Part shown: one piece after another, positions 41,339 to 51,195 of the stretch
Numbering within the stretch: position 1 is the first letter of the stretch
Layout of the letters: every line of letters begins with the position of its first letter
Assembly: GCA_046075565.1 (NCBI GenBank)
Contig: JBJTQJ010000090.1
Coordinates: 1-53,769, forward strand
DNA from: Verrucomicrobiales bacterium
GTDB lineage: Bacteria > Verrucomicrobiota > Verrucomicrobiia > Verrucomicrobiales > SLCJ01
Direction: 5' to 3'
DNA length: 53,769 nt
Made by a program: the position numbers and the translations under genes
Notes under the pieces: generated by a model
Databases searched by the model: none
Told to the model about the DNA's origin: nothing
What the model saw: only the letters and a program-made list of their open reading frames with translations

Positions 41339-43981
41339 ATGATGAAACCATCAATGTTGACCACCTCACGCCGCGCCTCGCATGCGCTGCTCGTCGCCCT
41401 GACACTTGGTTGCGGTTTCCAAGCCATGCCCGCCACGGCGGGTGAAGGCGGTGGAAGTGCCGGATTTGGCGTGCCTGGCGTTGCCGAACGCGAAATCGCC
41501 CGCCGTCTTGAAGCCGCCCAGCAAGCCGCCACACTCGCCGCCGAAGGCGACCGTCTGATGGCTGAAGGCGACTATGCCGGAGCCATCGCGAAATACAAGG
41601 ATGCCCTCAAAATCCTTCCCCCCGCGCCCGCCACCGAGGTCCAACGCGAATCAACCGTGAAGCGCTTCTGTGCCGCTGCCAATGCCGAGGCCCAGAAACT
41701 GGCCAACGAAGGCGACTATCAAAAAGCCCGCGAGCTGCTCGAGGAAATCCTTCTTCCGGACATGGACCCGGAAAACCGCACCGCCGCGCGGCTTCTGAGG
41801 CACCTTGATGATCCGGATCGTTACCAACCCGCCCGCACCCCGGCCTATACCGCCGATGTGGAAGAGGTGACCCGCTTGCTCCACTTCGGGGAAAGCCACT
41901 ACCTGCTCGGCGAATACGACAAGGCCGAAGAACAATTCTTCAAGGTCCTGACCATCGACCGCTACAACACCGCCGCCCGCGAGTTCCTCGAACAAATCGA
42001 GCGCGTTCGTATCGACTACTACGGTGCCGCCTACAACCACACGCGCTCCCGGATGCTTCGTATGGTGGACCAACTTTGGGAAACCAAACCGCCCATGGTG
42101 AACTTGCCCGCCGGTGTGGGTGGCACGGCGCAGCAAGCTGGAAAAGACCCGCGCGTGACAAATCTTGAAGCCCTCCAGACGATCATCATCCCGAAAGTGG
42201 ATTTTGAAGAAACGACGCTGAACGACGCGGTGATTTTCCTCCGCAATGCCAGCCGCCAATACGACCCGCGCCCTGGCAAACCCGGCGTGAACATCCTCAT
42301 CCGTTCCTCGAATACCGTCGAAGGTCAAAGCAATGCGGGTGAAAAAATCATTCCCGAACTGCGCCTGACGAACCTGCCGCTCGGCGAAGTGCTCCGTTAT
42401 TTGAGCGAAATCACCGGAATGCGCGTGCGTGTTGAGCAATTCTCGATCGTGCTTGTGTCCGGGGCATCCGGAGACGTGGAACTCTATTCCCGTTCCTTCC
42501 AAGTCTCTCCCGATTTCATTCCGCAAGATGCCGCCAACGCCGGTGGCGGAGGAGGCGGTGAGATCGATCCATTCGGCGGTGGTGGCGCGGCCGCCGGTGG
42601 CCGTCCTGCGTTGCCGACCCGCATGAGAGCCAGGGATCACCTCATCAGCCTTGGCGTGCCGTTCCCGGAAGGTGCGACCGCCGACTTCAACACCACCAAC
42701 AGCGTGCTCACCGTTCGCAACACGGCGGAAGCCATGGAGATGATTGAAGGTCTCGTCGAAGCCGATGCCAAGCGTCAGCCGAAGCAAGTCCACATCGAAA
42801 CGAAATTCGTCGAAGTGCAACAGCGCAATGGCAAGGAGCTTGGTTTCGACTGGTTGCTCGGTCCTGCCGTGATCAGCGATAGCAATGGTGTGGCTGTCGC
42901 CGGCGGAAGCGCTGGCACTGGCATTACTCCGGCCTCCGCTAACTATCCGTTCAACAACCCGGCTATCGGCACCGCCGACCCGATTCCCGTTGGTTCGAAT
43001 CCCGTCACGGCCGGCAACCGCACGGGTGACTTCGCCATCACCCGCAATGCGATTGACTCGATTCTCAACACGAGCATCGGCCAAGTCGGCGCGGATACAG
43101 TTGCCCCCGGCATTCTTTCAATCGCCGGCCTGCTCACCGAGCCTCAATTCCAAGTGGTCATCCGCGCTCTCGACCAGAAAAAGGGAACCGACCTTCTCAG
43201 CGCCCCCAGCGTGACCACGAAACCCGGTCTGCCCGCTCGCATCGAGATTATCCGCGAGTTCATCTACCCGACCGAATATGACCCGCCAGAACTTCCGAAC
43301 TCGGTCGGCAACGACCAAGTTGGTGGTGGCGGTGGTGTTATCCCCGGCCCCGGCCTTACCCCGGCCACGGTGACCACCTTCCCGGTGACTCCTGCGACCC
43401 CGGCGGCCTTCGACACGAAAAATGTCGGCGTGACCCTCGAAGTGGACCCGGTCGTCGGCCCGAACGGTTTCACCATCGACCTGACCCTTACCCCTGAAGT
43501 GGTCGAATTCGAAGGCTTCATCAACTACGGGAACCCGATTACCTCCGGTGCCATCGATGGTCTCGGCCGTCCGACCCAGGTGGTGATCACGGAAAACCGC
43601 ATTGAGATGCCCATCTTCTCCACCCGCCGCGTGAAGACGCAAGTGACGGTGTGGGACGGCCAGACGGTCGCTATCGGTGGTTTGATTCGTGAAGACGTGC
43701 AGAACGTGGAAGACAAGGTTCCGTTGCTTGGGGATACGCCCATCATCGGCCGCCTGTTCAAGACCAAAGCCGAAGAGCGCTTCAAGCGGAATCTCATGGT
43801 TTTCGTGACCGCCCGCCTGATCGACCCGTCCGGCAAACCCGTCAACTCCATCGCCGGCGAAACCTTCGGCGGAGCCGGTATGTTCACCACCCCGGCGACC
43901 AACGAGGTTCCTGCTACCACTGGGGCGACTCCGCTCGACAATCCGATTCTCACGGGCACCGACGGTCTGCCGACCCTCTGA
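41339..43981 (+). CDS. PilQ/GspD-type secretin with N-terminal TPR region (Amuc_1098-like)
   Basis: KQVHIETKFVEV, LLSAPSVTT, VGVTLEVDP, DGQTVAIGGLI, KVPLLGDTPIIGRLF, RNLMVFVTARLID. Confidence 0.93.
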   Translation: MMKPSMLTTSRRASHALLVALTLGCGFQAMPATAGEGGGSAGFGVPGVAEREIARRLEAAQQAATLAAEGDRLMAEGDYAGAIAKYKDALKILPPAPATEVQRESTVKRFCAAANAEAQKLANEGDYQKARELLEEILLPDMDPENRTAARLLRHLDDPDRYQPARTPAYTADVEEVTRLLHFGESHYLLGEYDKAEEQFFKVLTIDRYNTAAREFLEQIERVRIDYYGAAYNHTRSRMLRMVDQLWETKPPMVNLPAGVGGTAQQAGKDPRVTNLEALQTIIIPKVDFEETTLNDAVIFLRNASRQYDPRPGKPGVNILIRSSNTVEGQSNAGEKIIPELRLTNLPLGEVLRYLSEITGMRVRVEQFSIVLVSGASGDVELYSRSFQVSPDFIPQDAANAGGGGGGEIDPFGGGGAAAGGRPALPTRMRARDHLISLGVPFPEGATADFNTTNSVLTVRNTAEAMEMIEGLVEADAKRQPKQVHIETKFVEVQQRNGKELGFDWLLGPAVISDSNGVAVAGGSAGTGITPASANYPFNNPAIGTADPIPVGSNPVTAGNRTGDFAITRNAIDSILNTSIGQVGADTVAPGILSIAGLLTEPQFQVVIRALDQKKGTDLLSAPSVTTKPGLPARIEIIREFIYPTEYDPPELPNSVGNDQVGGGGGVIPGPGLTPATVTTFPVTPATPAAFDTKNVGVTLEVDPVVGPNGFTIDLTLTPEVVEFEGFINYGNPITSGAIDGLGRPTQVVITENRIEMPIFSTRRVKTQVTVWDGQTVAIGGLIREDVQNVEDKVPLLGDTPIIGRLFKTKAEERFKRNLMVFVTARLIDPSGKPVNSIAGETFGGAGMFTTPATNEVPATTGATPLDNPILTGTDGLPTL

Positions 43982-44010
43982 GTTTCGCCCTTCAGGGCCA
44001 AATGTTTCAA

Positions 44011-44048
44011 CGGCCCGCGGAGCGCGCTCCGCGGGCCGAATTCTTTCC
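44011..44048 (+). terminator. Probable terminator after secretin gene
   Basis: Perfect 28-bp palindrome CGGCCCGCGGAGCGCGCTCCGCGGGCCG (44011-44038) followed by AATTCTTT. Confidence 0.65.
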
Positions 44049-44072
44049 AACTTCAGAAGCCCGAAACCCGCC

Positions 44073-44717
44073 ATGCTGTATCTTGTCGTCACCGGAGGGA
44101 TCGCGACCGGCAAATCGACGTTCTGCCGGCTCTGGCTTGAGATGTTGCCCGCGACGGTTCTGCACGACGCCGACGAGGCGGTGCACGGCCTTTACGCCGA
44201 TCCAGCGGTGCGGATGGAACTCCGCCAGATTTTCGGCCCGGAAGTCCTCGTTGGCGATGCGGAAGTCGATCGCGCCACCATCCGGAGTGCCATCGCCGAG
44301 GACCCAACCCGCAGGGCGGCCCTCGAAGGAATCCTCCACCCGCGCGTGCGCGAGCAACGGGCGAAACTGGCCCGCGAGGCGGAGGCGGCGGGTGCGCCCT
44401 GCTTTCTGGCCGAAATCCCCATTTTCTACGAAGTTGGAGCGCAAAAGCCGGTGACGGATGCCAGGGTGGTGGTGGTGGCCTGCTCGCCCGCCACCAGGAT
44501 GCAAAGACTGCGGGAGAGGAATCCATTCGACAACGGCGAAGGCGGGCGTATGGTTGCCCTGCAAGCGGATCTCCCGGCCAAAATGGCCGCGGCCGACCAT
44601 GTTCTCTGGAACGAAGGCCGTCCATCCGACTTGAGCCGCCAAGCACTGATGCTGCGCGACTTGTTGCTCGCCCCGAGCGCTGATCCCCAGAAGAATCCAC
44701 CGATTTATGGAGCCTGA
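44073..44717 (+). CDS. coaE: Dephospho-CoA kinase
   Basis: VTGGIATGKST, DADEAVH, LEGILHPRV, EIPIFYE. Confidence 0.95.
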   Translation: MLYLVVTGGIATGKSTFCRLWLEMLPATVLHDADEAVHGLYADPAVRMELRQIFGPEVLVGDAEVDRATIRSAIAEDPTRRAALEGILHPRVREQRAKLAREAEAAGAPCFLAEIPIFYEVGAQKPVTDARVVVVACSPATRMQRLRERNPFDNGEGGRMVALQADLPAKMAAADHVLWNEGRPSDLSRQALMLRDLLLAPSADPQKNPPIYGA

Positions 44718-46041
44718 AGAAGCCTCCTCGCCATTGTCCGCCGCTCCGGCCTTGCCGGTCGTCGTGCCGGAACTCATCGACGTCAATGCCTTCCAAGCCC
44801 GGTCACTGCCGGAGCTTTATCAATTGGGCGAAGACCTCCACCTGCGGGTGAACTCGCGGACGAAACACCAGCTCGTTTTTGATTTGCTCGTCTTCTTTTC
44901 CCGCCGCGGCAGCCGCTTGGAAGCTGACGGCTGCATCGAATTTTTCCACGACGGCCCGAACCAACCGGGTATCCTGCGTTTCGCCGCCGCGAATTTCCGC
45001 TCGAATGCCGATGAGATTTATGTGCCCGCGCACTTTGTCCGCCAGTATGACTTGCGCCGGGGCAACCGCCTCCAGGTCGTGGCCCGCGCCCCGCGGGACC
45101 GGGAGAAAGGCCTGGTGGTTGAAGAAGTGATTTCCATCGAAGGCATTCCGGTGGCGGACTTTGCCGCCGGCACCCCGTTCGACAAGTTGACCCCGCTTTT
45201 CCCCAAGGAGCGATTGATGCTCGAGAATCAAGCGCTCGGCACCGAATCCTGCCGCGTGGTGGACGTCATCGCCCCGTTGGGCAAGGGCCAACGCGGCCTC
45301 ATCTGCGCCCCGCCCCGGGGAGGCAAGACCATCCTATTGAAAAATATCGCGCAGGCGCTCGTGGCCAATCATCCTGAGACGGAAGTGATCGTGCTGCTTC
45401 TCGATGAACGTCCCGAGGAAGTGACGGACTTCCGCGAGACCGTGGATGCGGCGGTGTATAGTTCGACCTTCGACGAGGCTCCCGCCCGGCATGTCGAGTT
45501 GGCCGAGTTCGTCACGGAACGAGCCAAGCGCCTTGTCGAGATGGGCCGGGATGTCGTGATCCTGCTCGACTCGCTCACCCGTCTGGCCCGCGGATACAAC
45601 AATCTCATGGGCGGCGGCGGTCGCATCCTTTCCGGTGGTCTCGATGCGAAGGCCCTGCAAAAACCGAAGAAGTTTTTCGGAGCCGCCCGCAATGTGGAGG
45701 AAGGCGGCAGCCTGACCATTCTCGCCACCGTGCTCATCGAAACCGAAAGCCGCATGGATGAGGTGATTTTCGAAGAGTTCAAAGGCACCGGGAATATGGA
45801 ACTCCATCTCGACCGAGAGATGGCCGAACAACGGATTTTCCCCGCCATTCATTTCGCGAAGTCCGGCACCCGCAAGGATGATTTGCTTTATCATCCCGAC
45901 GAGTTCCGCCGCATCGCCCTGCTGCGCCGCCAAATGGCCGCGCTGCCCGCGCCCGAGGCCATCGAAGTGTTGTTGCGTAATATCCGCCGCACCAAAACGA
46001 ATACCGAGCTGCTGCTCTCCGGACTCCAACTGATGGCCTGA
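44707..46041 (+). CDS. rho: Transcription termination factor Rho
   Basis: [65 protein letters not shown]. Confidence 0.97.
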   Translation: MEPEEASSPLSAAPALPVVVPELIDVNAFQARSLPELYQLGEDLHLRVNSRTKHQLVFDLLVFFSRRGSRLEADGCIEFFHDGPNQPGILRFAAANFRSNADEIYVPAHFVRQYDLRRGNRLQVVARAPRDREKGLVVEEVISIEGIPVADFAAGTPFDKLTPLFPKERLMLENQALGTESCRVVDVIAPLGKGQRGLICAPPRGGKTILLKNIAQALVANHPETEVIVLLLDERPEEVTDFRETVDAAVYSSTFDEAPARHVELAEFVTERAKRLVEMGRDVVILLDSLTRLARGYNNLMGGGGRILSGGLDAKALQKPKKFFGAARNVEEGGSLTILATVLIETESRMDEVIFEEFKGTGNMELHLDREMAEQRIFPAIHFAKSGTRKDDLLYHPDEFRRIALLRRQMAALPAPEAIEVLLRNIRRTKTNTELLLSGLQLMA

Positions 46042-46048
46042 ATCGGGA

Positions 46049-47182
46049 ATGAATGACATGAGCGAACATGCCTCCGGGGCCGCACCGTTCCCCCTCGACG
46101 CGAGCTACGAATTGATCGAATCGAGCGAGGCACTTGATGCCTATCTCCACGCGGTCGCGGATGCCTCGTTCGTCTATATGGATCTCGAGGCGGATAACCT
46201 GCACCACTACCGCGAGCAGCTTTGTCTTATCCAGTTGCACGCGGGCGGCCGCACCGCTCTCGTCGATCCACTGGCCGTGGAGAATTGCCATCCGCTTCTG
46301 GAATTCCTTGATGATCCGCGGCGCGAACTCTGGATGCACGGGGCGGATTTCGACATGACCCTCATGCTCGCCGCTTTCGACTGGCTGCCCGCGAGGATTT
46401 ACGATACCCAGATCGCCGCTTTGCTGGTTGGCCGCCGCCAGTTTGGTTTGGCCGCTCTCGTCCACCACTACCTGGGCGTCACCCTTTCCAAATCCTCCCA
46501 AAAAGAGGACTGGAGCCGCCGCCCGCTCACCGCCCGGATGCTGGAATACGCTGCCATCGACGCGAGTGTGCTCGTGCCCATCAAAGAAAAGCTCGTCGAG
46601 GAAGTTCGGCAGGCCGGTCGATGGGAATGGTTATTGCAAGGCTGCGCTCACGCCCGGCGTCAGGCGCTGACCCGCCCGCCGCGGGATGAGGACCAGGTCT
46701 GGCGCATTCAGGGCTGGGGCGGACTCAAGGGGCGCGAATTGGCCTTTCTCAAGGCACTGTGGTTCTGGCGCGATGCCGAATCGGAGCGCCGTGATGTGCC
46801 GACCTTCAAGGTGCTTTCGAATCAGGAGTTGCTGGTCATGGCCGCCGAACTGGAAGCCAAAGGACGCTGCGAGGTGCGCCGCAAATTGACCCGCGAAGCC
46901 CGTTCGGAACTTTCGGAGTTGGTCGAAGAAGTGCGTGGCCTGCCGCAGAGTGCCTGGCCGGTGCGCACCCGCACCGTCCGCCGCGCCAAGCCGAAGGGTT
47001 TCGATGAGAAGTTCGATCGCTGGCGCGCCCTTCGCGATGGCAAAGGAGCCGAACTCGGCATCGACCCGACCGTGATAGCCAACCGTCGTAACCTCGAGTT
47101 GTTAGTGCTGGGAGACGAGGCGGAAGAGAAGCCGATGCTTCTGCCCTGGCAGCGCAGTATCCTGGGCTTGGAGACGGAGTGA
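46049..47182 (+). CDS. rnd: Ribonuclease D (3'-5' exonuclease plus HRDC)
   Basis: MDLEADNLHHY..LCLIQ, DTQIAA, DWSRRPL...LEYAAID, HRDC WRD...RDVP.FKVLSN. Confidence 0.92.
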   Translation: MNDMSEHASGAAPFPLDASYELIESSEALDAYLHAVADASFVYMDLEADNLHHYREQLCLIQLHAGGRTALVDPLAVENCHPLLEFLDDPRRELWMHGADFDMTLMLAAFDWLPARIYDTQIAALLVGRRQFGLAALVHHYLGVTLSKSSQKEDWSRRPLTARMLEYAAIDASVLVPIKEKLVEEVRQAGRWEWLLQGCAHARRQALTRPPRDEDQVWRIQGWGGLKGRELAFLKALWFWRDAESERRDVPTFKVLSNQELLVMAAELEAKGRCEVRRKLTREARSELSELVEEVRGLPQSAWPVRTRTVRRAKPKGFDEKFDRWRALRDGKGAELGIDPTVIANRRNLELLVLGDEAEEKPMLLPWQRSILGLETE

Positions 47183-47194
47183 ACTCACCGCGGA

Positions 47195-47916
47195 TCAGGG
47201 CGGCATTTGACCGTAAACCCGTGTATCGAATGGACGGTCGAGAAATTCGACCCGGCCGTCAAGATAGGCACCGAGAACTTTCTTGTTGGACAGGGCATAG
47301 ATCGAAGCGGCGCCGGCGGCGGGGCTTCCATCGGTGGGGAAATCCGCGTGAGTGGAACCCTCCGCTTGAGTGAAAACCCATCTGCCGAAGCAGGCCCACA
47401 GCGTTTGCGCGGGCTCGGGAAAGTCCGCCATCTTCCTGAGTTTCGTCAGATCGAAGATAACGACATTCCGGTTGAAGGAAAAGGGAACAGGGAGGCCACG
47501 CACATCAGCGTAAATCTTTGTCGTAGAGAAAGGGGTGCCAGCCATGGTTCGGCAATCCGACGTGCTCAGGACCTGGTTTATGGCTTCCCTGTATTGGTTG
47601 TTTTGTTCCGTGTAGTTTCCGCTGGTGAATTCCCCCATAGAATAGGGTTGGAAACGTCCCCAGAAATGATTCGCGGCGTTGGAGTTCAGACGGTATTGAT
47701 ATTGCCGTAGTTTTCCGTGGAATACTGGGTATGAAGGGAACCTACCTGGCGCAGTGAGGACAACGCGGCGACCGCCTGGGCTTTATCCCGCATACGACTG
47801 AAGGCCGTAAAGCTGATGATCGCAAGAATCGCGATGATGGTAATGGTGACGAGCAACTCAATCAGGGTGTAGCCTGTTGCTGGTGCTAAGGAGCGGAGTT
47901 TCTGGTTTCGCAACAT
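47195..47916 (-). pseudogene. Prepilin-type N-terminal cleavage/methylation protein, frameshifted near 47690
   Basis: G|YTLIELLVTITIIAILAII ends at ACC GTC TGA (47686); an overlapping frame continues LNSNAANHFWGRFQPYSMGEF... to AYLDGRVEF (47195). Confidence 0.75.
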
Positions 47917-48118
47917 GGGGGTCTTCTTCGGTTGGGGAGAGGCGTGTTGAGCCCGGAGGGGACGCTCCCTATCAAATTGTAAAAACGGCAGGGAGTCCAG
48001 AATTCTTTACCTGCCGCCACCCTGCTTTCCATGCCCGCCCGGCGGCAGGTCGGTTTGCCAGCGGTGGTGGCGGGTTTGTCTTTCTTTGACGGATAGGAAA
48101 AACGCCCTTAATTGCCGG

Positions 48119-49432
48119 ATGCCTGCGCCTTTTTCCGGTTTGAATTCATCCGTTGGTCGCCGACTGGGTCGGCTGATGGTCGGGCTGGGGCTCGTTTCCT
48201 TGGTCTTCCCAACGGGATGCCGTCCCCCGGCTCCTCCGGCTCAGCCGACTTCCGGTGTCCTGCCGGTGACGATAAGCCCCGCCGGCACGATGATGCGCGG
48301 GGGACAGCCTTACTTCGTGAAGGGAGCGGGGGGTGGCGGAGAATTGAAAAAACTCGCCGCCCGCGGAGCCAATTCGATCCGGAGCTGGACCACCGGGGGA
48401 CTCAAGGAAATCCTTGATGAGGCCCATTCGCTCGGGATGACGGTAAGCGCGGGCATCTGGTTGGAGCCCGAGTGCTCATGGTTTTCCTACGCGAATCCGG
48501 AGCATTGCGCCAAGCAGACCGAACGGGTGCGCAAAGAATTGCTGCAATTTCGCGACCATCCTGCGTTGTTGGCCTGGGGCATCGGCAATGAAGTCGAAGG
48601 TGATGGAACCAACCTGCCCTTCTGGCAGCAATTGGATCGACTCGCGCGCATGGTCAAGGAAATCGACCCGGCCCACCCGACCTACACCGCCTTGGCCGGT
48701 GCGAACGAGATGAAGGTCAAGGGATTGATGGAGCACGCTCCGAACATCGATTTTGTCGGCATCAATACCTATGGCGGAATTTTTGGGCTCAGGAATCATC
48801 TCGCCAAGCTGGGTTGGAAAAAGCCATGGATGCTCACCGAATGGGGGCCGCGCGGATTCTGGGAAAGTCAGAAAACCCCATCAGGTGCTCCGGTCGAGCA
48901 GACCAGCACTGAGAAAGCGGAAATGATCGGAAATGCTTACCGCAAAGTGATAGCCGACAACGGCGGCTGTCTGGGGAGTTATGTCTTCCTCTGGGGGTGG
49001 AAATTCGAGGCAACCGCCACTTGGTTCGGCTTGCTCACTCATGAGGGGGAAACAACAGCGGCGGTGGATTCGCTGCAGGAAGTCTGGAGCAATTCCAAAC
49101 CCGCGAATCGCGCTCCTTCCATCGAGCGATTGCGGGGTGTTCCGGGCCCGGCCGTCGCGCCCGGCACTTCTTTCGTCGCCGAAACCAAGGCTGTGGACCC
49201 CGAGGGCGATGCTCTGCAATACGAATGGCTTCTGTTGCCCGAACACGATGGGCACCACACCCACAAGTGGACGAAACTTCCAAAGGATGTGCCGGGAGCA
49301 TTGTCCGGCGAACCGGGCAACCGGGTCACTGTTACCGCTCCCGCGAAACCGGGTGTCTATCGTCTGTATCTCTGGGTGAAGGATGGCAAGGGCCACTGCG
49401 CAACCGCCACCGCGCCCTTCGAGGTGAAGTGA
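48119..49432 (+). CDS. Glycoside hydrolase family 2-like TIM barrel protein, probable lipoprotein
   Basis: LVFPTGC lipobox-like, GANSIRSW, HPALLAWGIGNE (acid/base), PWMLTEWGP (nucleophile), C-terminal Ig-like domain. Confidence 0.85.
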   Translation: MPAPFSGLNSSVGRRLGRLMVGLGLVSLVFPTGCRPPAPPAQPTSGVLPVTISPAGTMMRGGQPYFVKGAGGGGELKKLAARGANSIRSWTTGGLKEILDEAHSLGMTVSAGIWLEPECSWFSYANPEHCAKQTERVRKELLQFRDHPALLAWGIGNEVEGDGTNLPFWQQLDRLARMVKEIDPAHPTYTALAGANEMKVKGLMEHAPNIDFVGINTYGGIFGLRNHLAKLGWKKPWMLTEWGPRGFWESQKTPSGAPVEQTSTEKAEMIGNAYRKVIADNGGCLGSYVFLWGWKFEATATWFGLLTHEGETTAAVDSLQEVWSNSKPANRAPSIERLRGVPGPAVAPGTSFVAETKAVDPEGDALQYEWLLLPEHDGHHTHKWTKLPKDVPGALSGEPGNRVTVTAPAKPGVYRLYLWVKDGKGHCATATAPFEVK

Positions 49433-49544
49433 TTCGGGGAATCACCCCGGCCAGATCCTCGAACTACCCCACGAAAACCGTGAGAAAAATGGGTTAGGAC
49501 AAATATCGATGGCTTTCCTCTCTTCCTACGGCCCATCCCTCCGG

Positions 49545-49643
49545 AGCCCCGACGGCGTCGGGGCTACATTTTAGCATGCGAACTCGAAGGGAATCAGCCT
49601 GTGAGCTGCTACCGAAATCGTAGCAAGACCGTCCCGGTCTTGC
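49545..49643. repeat. Two GTAG-led REP-like hairpins in opposite orientation
   Basis: AGCCCCGAC-GGC-GTCGGGGCT(AC) 49545-49567 (GTAG on minus strand) and (GTA)GCAAGACCG-TCC-CGGTCTTGC 49620-49643; both perfect 9-bp stems with 3-nt loops. Confidence 0.6.
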
Positions 49644-49673
49644 CAATCTGGTGCCACTTGAAGAGCGTTCAAG

Positions 49674-50345
49674 TTAGAGCCGGCGGATCACGAGGTTACG
49701 GAACGAGACCACATCCCCGTGGTCCTGCAGCACGATGGGGCCGCTCGCTTCGCGTCCGTAGGCAGCGTTTTTCGCATACTTGCTCTTGGCAACTGCGGCA
49801 TCCCAATCCGCACCTTCGGTCGTCACGTCCACGACTTTGGCACCATTCAACCAATGCTCGACGTGGCGTCCTTTCACCACGATGCGACCCTGGTTCCATT
49901 CCCCGACCGACTTGAGGGCCTTGTCTGAGTTGGCGGGAATGACATGATAAAGTGCCGCCGCGCTGGTCGCCGGTTTTTTTCCATCGACGTGTTCGGCATC
50001 GTCAAGCACCTGGTATTCGAAGCCAAGGGGAGATTTGCCCTGCTTGAGCACGTGGTATTTGACGCCGCTGTTCGCGCCTTTGGTGACCTGCCAATCGAAG
50101 CTCAATTCGAAGTCGGTATAGCTTTCCGCGCTCCAAAGATCACCCGCACCGTTTTTGGCGCGCGTGAGCACACCGTTTTCGATGGTCCAACCACCGGCTT
50201 TGGCGGGACTGCCATCGGGGGCCAGCCAGCCGTCGAGGGAATCGTTGGCCAGCAGGGACTTGCCGGTTTGTTCCTCCGCCTGGCAAGGAAGGTTCGCGAG
50301 GGCGAGGCCGCAGGCCGAGAGAATGGGGAGAAGGGAACGTTTCAT
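49674..50345 (-). CDS. DUF1080 / 3-keto-disaccharide hydrolase-family exported protein
   Basis: Signal peptide, DFELSFDW, ANSGVKY, EYQVLDD, GEWN, VEHWLNG, LQDHGD.VSFRN. Confidence 0.9.
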   Translation of the reverse strand: MKRSLLPILSACGLALANLPCQAEEQTGKSLLANDSLDGWLAPDGSPAKAGGWTIENGVLTRAKNGAGDLWSAESYTDFELSFDWQVTKGANSGVKYHVLKQGKSPLGFEYQVLDDAEHVDGKKPATSAAALYHVIPANSDKALKSVGEWNQGRIVVKGRHVEHWLNGAKVVDVTTEGADWDAAVAKSKYAKNAAYGREASGPIVLQDHGDVVSFRNLVIRRL

Positions 50346-51049
50346 TGGCTGCGCAGGGACATCAGGAGACGAAGCACATACCAGAAGAGCAGGGCGATGG
50401 AGGCGAAGAGCGAAAGCGACGCCGCCACGTGCTGGTCCACCCGGTATTGATGGAGAATGTTCGAGGTCGAGTAGAGCACGCTGCCTCCGGCAAAGAGCAA
50501 CATGATGCTGGTGAAGATGAGACCGAGATTAAATCCGAAAATGATGGAGGCCGCGATGGTCCCCAAGGCGATGAAGCCGCCGATCATCAGGAACGGCCCG
50601 AGGAAGGAGAAATCTTTTTTCGTCATGACGGCCACCGCCGTGATGCCTGCCACGAGCGCACCGGTGATCAGGGCCGCTTGGGTGATGATTTCCGGGTTCC
50701 ATGCGGCCGCGATGGTCAGGAGGGGCAGGAAAATGAAGGCTTCGGCGGCGATGTAGAGACCGAGACCGGCATATTGCATGTTCTGGGAGACCTCGCTGTG
50801 GGCCCAGTTGTTGGCCAGCCATGAAACACCCATGAAGGCACCGAGCACGATGAGCCAGGAAAATTTGCTCGCCCCCATCATCCGGAGCACGGCTTCGCCC
50901 GCTCCCGCTTGGATGAGCATCGCCTCCAGTGCGGCGAAAACAACGATGGCTCCGGCCACGTGGGCGTAGGTCCGACGGATGAAGGTCGAGCGGTCCGCGA
51001 CGGCGGCCGTGGCGGCGGCGCCCCGATAGTTCTGGGTGTAGTCTTCCAT
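50342..51049 (-). CDS. Bax inhibitor-1/YccA-family membrane protein
   Basis: FIRRTYAH, TKKDFSFL, 7 TM, LSLFASIALLFWYVLR. Confidence 0.9.
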   Translation of the reverse strand: MEDYTQNYRGAAATAAVADRSTFIRRTYAHVAGAIVVFAALEAMLIQAGAGEAVLRMMGASKFSWLIVLGAFMGVSWLANNWAHSEVSQNMQYAGLGLYIAAEAFIFLPLLTIAAAWNPEIITQAALITGALVAGITAVAVMTKKDFSFLGPFLMIGGFIALGTIAASIIFGFNLGLIFTSIMLLFAGGSVLYSTSNILHQYRVDQHVAASLSLFASIALLFWYVLRLLMSLRSQ

Positions 51050-51157
51050 GGTGCCCGGATACTCCGGCATTTCGGGCGTTGTTTCAAGGAATTCCGGGGA
51101 GAATTTTTTCACGGAGCAGGCCGAATTCCCGCTTCCGGGAGAATTTCCCTTGTCGCG

Positions 51158-51173
51158 GGGCACGATTCCTGCA
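51158..51173 (+). promoter_or_regulatory. Candidate sigma-54 (-24/-12) promoter
   Basis: GGCACGATTCCTGCA with GG and GC separated by exactly 10 nt, about 23 nt before the NSS transporter ATG. Confidence 0.45.
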
Positions 51174-51195
51174 TGATTGGCGTCTGTAACAAACG

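Noticed and set aside
47680-47692. Selenocysteine or stop-codon readthrough at the TGA in the pilin gene
   Set aside because: The continuation lies in a different frame, so readthrough would not restore the protein.
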